Shown here: positions 20,482 through 29,317 of the stretch, in pieces
Numbering within the stretch: position 1 is the first letter of the stretch
Layout: every line of letters begins with the position of its first letter
DNA from: Pseudomonadota bacterium
Lineage (GTDB): Bacteria; Desulfobacterota; Desulfobacteria; Desulfobacterales; RPRI01
Direction: 5' to 3'
Length of the DNA: 64,000 nucleotides
Assembly: GCA_043825875.1 (NCBI GenBank)
Contig: JBDRRF010000031.1
Span: 70,087 to 134,086, forward strand
Made by a program: the position numbers and the translations under genes
The notes under the pieces: model-generated
Told to the model about the DNA's origin: nothing
The model's database searches: none
Seen by the model: the letters and a program-made list of their open reading frames with translations, nothing else

Positions 20482-23400
20482 ATGAAAGGAACCAACGCCT
20501 CAATATCCAAAATATCGCGGCCCGCGCTCACGAATGTCTTTCATAGAACAAGACTGTTTGAGGCGTTGGAGATTGGCAGCAAACCCATTGTCTGGATCTC
20601 TGGCCCTGCGGGCTCAGGAAAGACCACGTTTGCTGCGAGCTATTTGGATTACACAGGAATTCCGTGTCTTTGGTATCGTGTGGACAAAAGCGATTCTGAC
20701 ATAGAGAATTTTTTCTATTATATGGGGCTAGCGGCAAAGAAAGCAGCTCCACGTTTCAAAAAGCCGCTTGAAACTTTAAGACCTGAATATCTACAGGGAA
20801 TACCGGTTTTCACACAAAGATTCTTCGAAGACCTTTATCGCAGGCTGAAACCTCCTTTTGTAATTATTTTGGACGATTACCAGGAAGCACTTGAAACCTC
20901 CGACTTTCATGAGATTGTTAATATAGGCTTGTCTGATGTACCTGACGGTACGCGTGTTTTTATTCTAAGCAGGAATGAACCGCCCCCGGCTCATATCGGG
21001 CTGCGTGCAGGTAACAAGATGCATTTTATCAGATGGGATGATCTTCGCTTTACACTCGATGAATCGAAACAGTTCACGCAAATTGTCGGAAAGCAAGAGC
21101 TGACGGACAATGAAATCACAGGCATGCACAACAGCATCGAAGGCTGGGCTGCAGGTCTTGTTTTGCTTATGGAAAACAATGCCTACGCGGCAACAGCACT
21201 GAAACCTCCCCAAAAACCATTGCGGAAAGATGTGTTTAGCTATTTTGCGAGGGAGGTTTTCGACAGGCTTGATGAAAAGATGCAAGGTTTTTTGTTAAAG
21301 ACAGCATTGCTACCGGTAATACCGGCGAAGATTGCGGAAAGGCTGGCTGGAAAGGGTGCTGAAGATATGCTTGAAACTCTTAGAGGCAGCCATTTTTTTA
21401 CTGAGCTAAATTTGACACCTAAACCTGTATACAGATATCACTCCCTGTTCAGAGATTTTCTGATTGCCCGCATGAGAGAATCTTTTAGCCCGGAAGATAT
21501 CTTTCAGGAGCAAAGGCGTGCTGCATCGCTGCTTGAGGAATCAGGTCAGGTGGAACATGCAGCGGATCTTTGGATTGAATGTGAAGATTGGGAGGCACTT
21601 TCGGCCCTTATATTGAAAAACGCTGAAATACTTCTTGGTCAGGGCAGGATCCAATCTCTGGCCGGCTGGCTTAACAGGCTACCTGATGAAGCACTTTCTA
21701 AATCCCCATGGCTCTTTTATTGGCTGGGTATGTGCCGCCTTTTATTTGATCCTGCTTCTGCAAGACAATATCTTGAAAAAGCGTTTGATGAGTTTAATAA
21801 AGCCGACAACCTTGCGGGGGCCTTGCTTTCATGGTCTTTTATTATAGAGAGTTTCGGTTATGAGTTTGCTGATTTTACCCCGCTTCAGATGTGGATCAAG
21901 CGCCTATATAAATTAATGGGCAGGAGGCGACTAAACTTTCCCTCAGTCCAAATTGAGACCAGAGTAGCTGCCGGTATGGTGTTTGCTATGACAACCGCAT
22001 GGCCTTGGCACGCCGATATGGAAGATTGGATAAAAAGGTCGCTTAAATTAGCAAGAGAATGTGGTGACCAAACACTTTGCTGTACAGCTTTTTTTTCGGT
22101 TTGTCTTCATTACGCATTATCCGGAGATTTTAAAAAATTCTCCTTATTGATGGAAGAAATGCGCAATATGGCCAGGAGGTCCGGAGCTAGTCTGTTTGTA
22201 AAAGCTATATTTATTGTACTTGAAGCCCATCTTTGCCTTGCCTTTCATATTGGTTCTGATCATAGAGATGCGGCAAAAATTATTTCAGCAGCACTTGAAT
22301 TCTCTGCCAAAACAGGCATCCATTATTTTGATTACCTTGTTTTATATACAAAGGCTTTTGTCGAGTTCGAAGCCGGAGATCTTGCGGCAGGAGATGAAAG
22401 CTTGCGTGCTCTTGAAGCTATATTGGATCCCAGGCAAAGACTTCGTGTTGCATTTTTTCATCGTCTTTTAGCTTATCGTGAGTTTGTGGCAGGAAATTTC
22501 TCTAAGGCATTGACTCGTGCCGAAGAAGCACTCAAAATCTCAGAAAAGGGTGGGTATGTCTATGTGACGGCAAACAGCCATTTGGCGATTGCCCGAGTCC
22601 TGCATGTAATAAAGCAGACTGATAAGGCCCAAAACCATATCCGGTCGGCTATGGATCTTTCATGCGGGTCGAAGCTATTTTATTTTATGTGCATTCTTGC
22701 CCAGGCACACTTTGCTTTCGACACGGGCAAAGAGGAAGAAGGTCTGAGTCTGTTGCGGCAGGGTTTTCTAATCGGAAGAGAGCAAAATTATATGGGTTTT
22801 GTATACTGGTGGGAGCCAAAAATTATGGCTTTTCTTTGTGCAAAAGCTCTTAGCGCAGGTATAGAAACTGACTATGTCAGACAATTCGTTAGCAATAGGA
22901 AACTCATAGAATACCAAGTCCCGGTAGAATTGGAAGGCTGGCCCTGGCCACTTAAGATTTATACATTTAGCGAGTTCAGGATTGAACGGGATGGAAATAA
23001 TCTGGATTTCAAAGGCAAGGCTCCCCAGAAGCCCTTGGCACTTCTTAAGGTGCTGATTTGCCTCGATCACAATAATGTACCTGAAGAAGATATTGCGGAC
23101 GCACTTTGGCCTGAAACCGACGGAGATTTGGCCCATAAATCCTGTGAAATAACACTTCTGCGTCTCCGAAATATCATAGGAAAAGAGGTTGTTTCGGTCA
23201 ATGGAGGGTTGGTCTCGCTGCACAAAAAATATTGCTGGACAGATCTTAGAGCGATCAGGAGCCTGTTGGATCAGGCTGAGAGCTCATGGGCAAAGGCAAA
23301 GAGAGAGCGGGAATTCAAAGCAGCCATAGACTTGACCGGCAGGGCTATGGGCCTGTACAAAGGAGACTTCCTTCCGGGGGACTCTACAAAGAGCTGGGTT

Positions 23401-23694
23401 ATGACTGTCCGTGAGAACATAAGAAACAGGCTTCTTGACCTTGTAATCAACACCGGAAAATACTGGCAGAAAACCGGTCAATTTGAAAAGGCAATAGAAC
23501 AGTACAAACGGGGGCTGATACTGGATAACCTGGTGGAGGAGCTCTATCAATATCTGATGCTCTGCCAAATCAACCTTGGGCGCAGGGCCGAGGCTGCAAG
23601 AATTTACGAAAAATGCAAAGCTGTTCTTTCAAAAACCTTGAGCATATCCCCATCCGAAAAAACAAACACGATATACAAGTCCATAACTTCTTAA
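20482..23694 (+). CDS. MalT-like NTPase/TPR transcriptional regulator with C-terminal wHTH-BTAD (SARP-like) module
   Basis: GPAGSGKT Walker A, ILDDY, LRFT, EGWAAGL, YRYHSLF, TPR-like helices, ALWPE...LRLR, LYKGDFL, EELYQYLM...SPS. Confidence 0.88.
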   Translation: MKGTNASISKISRPALTNVFHRTRLFEALEIGSKPIVWISGPAGSGKTTFAASYLDYTGIPCLWYRVDKSDSDIENFFYYMGLAAKKAAPRFKKPLETLRPEYLQGIPVFTQRFFEDLYRRLKPPFVIILDDYQEALETSDFHEIVNIGLSDVPDGTRVFILSRNEPPPAHIGLRAGNKMHFIRWDDLRFTLDESKQFTQIVGKQELTDNEITGMHNSIEGWAAGLVLLMENNAYAATALKPPQKPLRKDVFSYFAREVFDRLDEKMQGFLLKTALLPVIPAKIAERLAGKGAEDMLETLRGSHFFTELNLTPKPVYRYHSLFRDFLIARMRESFSPEDIFQEQRRAASLLEESGQVEHAADLWIECEDWEALSALILKNAEILLGQGRIQSLAGWLNRLPDEALSKSPWLFYWLGMCRLLFDPASARQYLEKAFDEFNKADNLAGALLSWSFIIESFGYEFADFTPLQMWIKRLYKLMGRRRLNFPSVQIETRVAAGMVFAMTTAWPWHADMEDWIKRSLKLARECGDQTLCCTAFFSVCLHYALSGDFKKFSLLMEEMRNMARRSGASLFVKAIFIVLEAHLCLAFHIGSDHRDAAKIISAALEFSAKTGIHYFDYLVLYTKAFVEFEAGDLAAGDESLRALEAILDPRQRLRVAFFHRLLAYREFVAGNFSKALTRAEEALKISEKGGYVYVTANSHLAIARVLHVIKQTDKAQNHIRSAMDLSCGSKLFYFMCILAQAHFAFDTGKEEEGLSLLRQGFLIGREQNYMGFVYWWEPKIMAFLCAKALSAGIETDYVRQFVSNRKLIEYQVPVELEGWPWPLKIYTFSEFRIERDGNNLDFKGKAPQKPLALLKVLICLDHNNVPEEDIADALWPETDGDLAHKSCEITLLRLRNIIGKEVVSVNGGLVSLHKKYCWTDLRAIRSLLDQAESSWAKAKREREFKAAIDLTGRAMGLYKGDFLPGDSTKSWVMTVRENIRNRLLDLVINTGKYWQKTGQFEKAIEQYKRGLILDNLVEELYQYLMLCQINLGRRAEAARIYEKCKAVLSKTLSISPSEKTNTIYKSITS

Positions 23695-23912
23695 CAATAT
23701 TCATATAAATATGTATTCCGAAGGCCCTTTATATAATCCGGCATTTTTTTGTAAAATCCGTAATCTGTAGGCTATCTGTAGCTGCTTGTCTGTTATGATA
23801 TTTGTTATAAGCAAACAATTACATATTGAGTCAAAATATTATTTTGACAAACGCTATAAAATCCACTGCAAAAGTTTAAATAGTTATGAATGAGTTGTAA
23901 AAGGGGGGAGTT

Positions 23913-24110
23913 GTGGAGTGCTACATAATACGTATTTACAGAAGAGATAAAAAAAACCCGGACATTGTTTCTGGAATAGCCGAAATATCTGGCGTTGAAA
24001 AGCCCGTTATTTTCTCAAGCATGAAAGAACTTGAAAATATATTAAAGAATCGCTCTGAAGAGATGTGTTCGGTTGGTCTAAAATCCCCACGCAAATCTGC
24101 CGGTAAATAA
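23913..24110 (+). CDS. Small hypothetical protein
   Basis: GTG start after AGGGGGGAG; YIIRIYRR...G..E...F.S..EL. Confidence 0.6.
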   Translation: MECYIIRIYRRDKKNPDIVSGIAEISGVEKPVIFSSMKELENILKNRSEEMCSVGLKSPRKSAGK

Positions 24111-24923
24111 ATATCCTTGAGAAGTATTTCTGACACCAAATTCGGATAGGGCGCTAAGGGTTATGCAAAGTCTATTCCCTGTATTCCAGTATATGGAGGG
24201 GCCGACCTGAAAGCGTCTTATGCCTGAATCATGGATTTTGTGTCCGTTTACTGTCTTGTTCACTCCGAATGTGGCGTTGAAGTTTCCCCCTGCCAATAGG
24301 CCGGGGTAAATCATATATCCAACATAAACTTCCAAAATCGTTTCATTGCCTTCTTTTGTGTTTGTATCATTATTTTCAGTAAATATATTATAAAAAAGAG
24401 CTGTCTCAATATTAAATTTACCCAATTGTTTTGCCATACCCAAAACTGGCCTTATTTTCCATACATTCTCTCCCATATTTACTATTCTATTTTTGTTATA
24501 ATCTCCTGTTGGAATATCCAAAAATGAACCTAAGACAAAATATGTTTTTGATACCGGATCATCTATAAACCAATATCCAAGACCAACCGTTAAATCCCCT
24601 ATGCCCAGATCATGTTCGCCGCGCAGATCCTTACGTCCGGCATGCAATAAAAGTGTGAAACCCAATGTATTAGGCAAGAATGACTTATTGTACGTTGTAA
24701 ATTTGAGAACAGTTTCATAAACCCTTGCATCTATGTTTATAAGCAATGTTTTTCCTTTGTTATTTTTTAACTTGGATGCTGTGTAATACACGGGATAAAG
24801 TGAAAAATATGATCCTGGCAATGCCCAATTATCATAAGGATTTATAGCATGACAGGGACTAATTTGAAAAAAATATGCATATATGAATATAATGAACCCT
24901 ACAAAATATAATTTCCTATTCAA
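24078..24923 (-). CDS. Putative outer-membrane channel (MetA-pathway/SphA-like transporter)
   Basis: Signal peptide, GIGD, PTGDY...NMGEN.W motifs, C-terminal Phe; TTG start after GGAGG. Confidence 0.7.
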   Translation of the reverse strand: MNRKLYFVGFIIFIYAYFFQISPCHAINPYDNWALPGSYFSLYPVYYTASKLKNNKGKTLLINIDARVYETVLKFTTYNKSFLPNTLGFTLLLHAGRKDLRGEHDLGIGDLTVGLGYWFIDDPVSKTYFVLGSFLDIPTGDYNKNRIVNMGENVWKIRPVLGMAKQLGKFNIETALFYNIFTENNDTNTKEGNETILEVYVGYMIYPGLLAGGNFNATFGVNKTVNGHKIHDSGIRRFQVGPSIYWNTGNRLCITLSALSEFGVRNTSQGYLFTGRFAWGF

Positions 24924-25004
24924 AAGGCCTCCGTATTTTATTCTATCCGAATTTTGACAAATACTATATTTTAATTCTTTGGCTAATAGATATACTGTAG
25001 TAAT

Positions 25005-28000
25005 TTAATCTGTAGCCGGCAATTTCCTGAAACGAGAGAACAAAGCTAAAAAATCTTCCAGCAACATATACAGGCATGGAATCAAAAGCAGTGTAATAAA
25101 AGTAGCAAATAGTACTCCAAACCCAAGGCTTATTGCCATAGGAGTTATGAATCTTGCCTGTATGCTTTTTTCCAGCATAATAGGTGTTAAACCGGCAAAA
25201 GTAGTCAAAGATGTAAGGATAATAGCCCGGAATCTTAGTTTGGCTGCTTTTATTACCGCATCATAAGCGTTATAATTGTCTTCCGTCCTTAATCTGTTTG
25301 TGCGGTCTATAAGTACCAGCGAGTCGTTTACGACAACCCCTGAAAGACCCACCATGCCCATAAGACTCATCATACTTAAGTTGAAACCAAGAAGAATATG
25401 ACCGATTACTGCTCCCACTAGTCCGAAGGGAATTGCAGCCATGACAACAAGGGGTTGTGAAAAGGAGCGAAACGGAATAGCCAGAAGTGCAAATATGCCA
25501 AACAGAGCAAAAATGAACCCTCTTTTGATATCGGCTAATGACTCGTTTTGTTCCCTGCCTTCTCCTTCAAGGGTATAACGTAGTCCCGAATAGCGGTTCA
25601 GCAGGTTCGGAATAAACCGCTCAGTAAGATCGTTTCGAATGTCATTGGCATTTCCAACTTTTTCATTAACATCTGCTGTTACCTTGATAACCCTTCGGCG
25701 CTGGGCTCTTTCAATTGTGGCATATCCCTGTTTCATTTCTATTTCCGCTACAAGATTGAAAGGCACCTCATGGCCTGAAGGTGTGCGAATCCTCATTTCT
25801 TCAGTATTGGCAAGGGACTTTCGTTCAGACTCCGGATATCGCACTAAAACTTTCACTTCATCATTATCCAGCTGCAACCGAAGGGCTTCGGCGCCGTAAA
25901 AAGCGCTTCTTACCTGCCTTGCCAGATCGTTTAATGTAAGGCCAAGGGTGCTGGCAGCCGGTTTCAATTTAAGCTGCATCTCCTGTTTGCCGGGTAAGAA
26001 ACTGTCGCTTATATCAAATACGCCCGGATATTTCTCAAGTTCATTTTTTAATTCATCCGCAGCCAAAAGAAGTTGTTCGTGGTTATCCATGGAAAGGTGA
26101 ATTTCAATGGCATTTCCGGCATTGCTGATATCGCTTTTGAAACTTACGGTTTCTGCATCGGGTACTATTCCTGCTTCTTTACGCCACAGATTTAAAATTT
26201 CCCCGGAGCTTAAGTTGCGCTGTTCAGATTCTAACAGCTGAATCCATATTTGTGCCAGATGTCCGCCCACATCGTTGTTTCCGCTGTGTCTGTCAAAATG
26301 AGAGCCCACCATGGATATACTGTATTCAAAATTTGAAGGCGCACCGGCAGGATTCTTTTTATCAATTTCATCCAGAACTTTTTTTGCAGCTTTTTCAAAA
26401 TGGCTTACTACTTCAGAAGTTCTGGCAGGCGGAGTGCCTGATGGCATGGTTATCAAGCATTCCATTGTGTCGCTTTCCACTTTTGGAAAGAAAGTGTATT
26501 TTATTAAACCTGCCTGCCATATACCCAACGTAATAAATATAATGGCAATTCCAAGAGCAACTGAAGCATACCGCCATTTTACTGTAAATTCTACAAGCCT
26601 GGCATAAGGTCCGTTAACAAAACTGTTTAGCCACCTGGAACTGAATTTTTCACGTTTAACCCCGGTGCTGCTGTTTTTTTTGAGTGCTTTTGAGCGATTC
26701 AAATGTGAAGGAAGAACAAATAGTGATTCTATCAATGATCCCGACAATACCAGAATTACTACAAGGGGAATATTTCGGGTCATTTTTCCCATTGTGCCTC
26801 CAGCCATAAGAAGCGGCCAGAAGGCGACCATAGTGGTCAGTACTGAAAAAATAACAGGTCTTCCCACTTCCATGGTTCCAATGGTTGCTGCATCAAGGGC
26901 ATTTGCGCCCTCTTCATATTTCCGGTATATATTTTCACCCACTATTATGGCATCATCAACAACTATACCAAGTACCATGATAAAAGCAAAAAGGGATATC
27001 ATATTGATAGATACATCAAACTGGGGTAAAAACATCAATCCTGCTGCAAAGGATATGGGAATGCCAAGAGTCACCCAAAACGCAAGCCGTATCTCCATAA
27101 AAATACCAAGAATTATTATTACCAAAAAAAGTCCCATGGCCATGTTTTTCATGAGAAGTTCAATGCGGCTTTTCAATATTTTGGACATATCACCAAAATA
27201 TTCGATATCTACACCTTTCGGCAGACTTGGCTGTATTTCTTTAATATATTTCTTAACAGCTTTTACAACTGAAAGTGCGCTCTGGTCGGCAACCCGGAAA
27301 ACATTTATAATAGCAGCCGGTTTTCCCATAAAATGTGCAAATACATCCACATTCTGAAACCCGTCACTTAACTTTGCAATGTTGCCCAGAGTTACCCGGC
27401 TTCCGTCAGGCCGGTTAATAATAGCTATATTGCGATAGTCATCGGCGTAATATCGCTTACCCTTGGTCCGTATAAGAATTTCACCGCCTGTTGTTTTAAC
27501 ACTTCCGGCAGGAAGGTCAAAACTGCTTTTTGCGATAATATTGGCAACATTAACAAGAGTCAGGGCATATCTGCGCAGAGTTTTTTCGGAAATTTCAATG
27601 TGGATTTCTCTTTCTCTTACAGCGCTTATATCTGCCTGGGTAACTCCCGGAAGATTGGTAAGGTCATCTTTTATCCTGTTTGAAAGATGTTTTAAAGTCG
27701 ATTCCGAAACATCTCCGTAAATGGCGATATTAATAACCTGCATGCGACGAACAATTTCCCTGACAACCGGCTGTTCGGCCTCTTCCGGAAATGTAGTAAT
27801 ACGATCTACTTCCGCTTTTACTTCATCAAGAAGTTTTTTTAAATCCCAGTCTTTCATTACTTCCACGACAACGGATCCGAAACCTTCTCTAACGGTTGAA
27901 TCTATTCGTTTGATGCCGGCAAGTCCTGAAATTTTTTCCTCAATTTTTCGAATTACTCCTTCTTCAACTTCGGCCGGGGAGGCGCCGAAGTATACTACCG

Positions 28001-28145
28001 AAATATTGATTTTGTCCAGAGCCAAATCCGGGAAAACCTCAAGTTTGATACCGGTTCCCACGACTATTCCGCCGATAAGCAGAAAAAACATCAAAAGATT
28101 TGCGGCGACATGGTTTTGTGTAAACCATTTGATGGCCCCATTCAT
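25005..28145 (-). CDS. RND efflux permease (AcrB family)
   Basis: N.VAANLLM, GIVVDDAI..GEN, GVVVNDS, RFRAIILTSLTT. Confidence 0.95.
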   Translation of the reverse strand: MNGAIKWFTQNHVAANLLMFFLLIGGIVVGTGIKLEVFPDLALDKINISVVYFGASPAEVEEGVIRKIEEKISGLAGIKRIDSTVREGFGSVVVEVMKDWDLKKLLDEVKAEVDRITTFPEEAEQPVVREIVRRMQVINIAIYGDVSESTLKHLSNRIKDDLTNLPGVTQADISAVREREIHIEISEKTLRRYALTLVNVANIIAKSSFDLPAGSVKTTGGEILIRTKGKRYYADDYRNIAIINRPDGSRVTLGNIAKLSDGFQNVDVFAHFMGKPAAIINVFRVADQSALSVVKAVKKYIKEIQPSLPKGVDIEYFGDMSKILKSRIELLMKNMAMGLFLVIIILGIFMEIRLAFWVTLGIPISFAAGLMFLPQFDVSINMISLFAFIMVLGIVVDDAIIVGENIYRKYEEGANALDAATIGTMEVGRPVIFSVLTTMVAFWPLLMAGGTMGKMTRNIPLVVILVLSGSLIESLFVLPSHLNRSKALKKNSSTGVKREKFSSRWLNSFVNGPYARLVEFTVKWRYASVALGIAIIFITLGIWQAGLIKYTFFPKVESDTMECLITMPSGTPPARTSEVVSHFEKAAKKVLDEIDKKNPAGAPSNFEYSISMVGSHFDRHSGNNDVGGHLAQIWIQLLESEQRNLSSGEILNLWRKEAGIVPDAETVSFKSDISNAGNAIEIHLSMDNHEQLLLAADELKNELEKYPGVFDISDSFLPGKQEMQLKLKPAASTLGLTLNDLARQVRSAFYGAEALRLQLDNDEVKVLVRYPESERKSLANTEEMRIRTPSGHEVPFNLVAEIEMKQGYATIERAQRRRVIKVTADVNEKVGNANDIRNDLTERFIPNLLNRYSGLRYTLEGEGREQNESLADIKRGFIFALFGIFALLAIPFRSFSQPLVVMAAIPFGLVGAVIGHILLGFNLSMMSLMGMVGLSGVVVNDSLVLIDRTNRLRTEDNYNAYDAVIKAAKLRFRAIILTSLTTFAGLTPIMLEKSIQARFITPMAISLGFGVLFATFITLLLIPCLYMLLEDFLALFSRFRKLPATD

Positions 28146-28147
28146 GG

Positions 28148-29317
28148 TTATTCCTCTCCGTTTATTGCAGGTACATTGCGTACTTTCATTCCGTTTGTTA
28201 CTTCCTTAATGGGAGATACAACAATCTGTTCCTTATCAAAAAGACCGCTCTTTACCACAATACCGGTTCTTGAACGAAGGGCCACTTCAATAGTTCGAAA
28301 CTCAAGACTTTCGTCTTTACCAACCACCCAGACTATATTTCCCTGATGAATGGCGGATCTTGGAATAATGACTCCGTTTTCTATAGGCCTTCCCTGTATG
28401 TCAACGGATACAAAAAGACCGGGAGCCAGTGGCGGTTTCTTGGCATAAGGATTATCAACTTTAACCACAATATTTACCATTCGTGTCTGTTCATCTATTT
28501 TCCCTTCAGCCCTTGCTACAGTGCCATTCCATGTTCTTCGTTTACCCGCGATATCTGCATATACTATAGCGTCTGCGCCCTTTCCAATACCATTTGTAAA
28601 GCCCGGAACATGAAACCATTGCAGATTCTCGGTTTCCATTGGAAGCACAATCTCCGATGCTTCTGTGGAATAAAGAGTGGCAAGTCCCTGGCCAAGAGAA
28701 ACATATTGACCGATATCTACGCTTTTTTGGCTTATACGCCCGTCAAATGGGGCTATAAGCCGTGTTCTTGCAAGGTTTAATTTCGCACGTTCCAGCTCTG
28801 CCCTCTGAGCCTCAAGCTTTGCCTTTGCAGTGGCAAGTTGTGGCTCCTTGGCTACCAATGGGGGAGGGGGCTGATCGGGGTGAAGCGCTTTCCAGTCTGA
28901 TATTGCAACGGATGCTTCCTGTTCGGCCAGTATATATTTGCTTTCAGCATCTTTGAGCAATGCTTCTGCAAGTGTTACGGCGATTTTATAATCAGCCGGA
29001 TCAATTTCCAGGAGAATCTCGTCTTTTTTATACTCACCGCCATTTACAAGAGCTGGTGAAATATACACTACTTTGCCTCCAACCTGGGGAACAAGCTGGA
29101 TTTCTTTTAAAGGAAAAACCGTTCCATTTCCATCGATCGGTACCAAAAAGGTTTTTGCTTTAACTGCAATAGTCCTTGCAAGTGGAATGGCAAGAGGTGC
29201 GTTTTGTTTTTCAATAGGTGGGCGGGAAGCTTTAAGATACATATTTCCCGCAACTCCTACAGCTAAGATTAAGATGACTATCAAAAAATAAATTATTCTT
29301 TTGTTTGTTTTTTTCAT
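28148..29317 (-). CDS. RND periplasmic adaptor (MFP)
   Basis: N-terminal TM, PQVGGKV, coiled hairpin, APFDG, IPRSA. Confidence 0.93.
   Translation of the reverse strand: MKKTNKRIIYFLIVILILAVGVAGNMYLKASRPPIEKQNAPLAIPLARTIAVKAKTFLVPIDGNGTVFPLKEIQLVPQVGGKVVYISPALVNGGEYKKDEILLEIDPADYKIAVTLAEALLKDAESKYILAEQEASVAISDWKALHPDQPPPPLVAKEPQLATAKAKLEAQRAELERAKLNLARTRLIAPFDGRISQKSVDIGQYVSLGQGLATLYSTEASEIVLPMETENLQWFHVPGFTNGIGKGADAIVYADIAGKRRTWNGTVARAEGKIDEQTRMVNIVVKVDNPYAKKPPLAPGLFVSVDIQGRPIENGVIIPRSAIHQGNIVWVVGKDESLEFRTIEVALRSRTGIVVKSGLFDKEQIVVSPIKEVTNGMKVRNVPAINGEE

Noticed and set aside
26665..27357. Long antisense ORFs (also 29620-30180, 31993-32553, 47455-48177)
   Set aside because: Shadows of well-supported genes on the opposite strand, with no recognisable motifs
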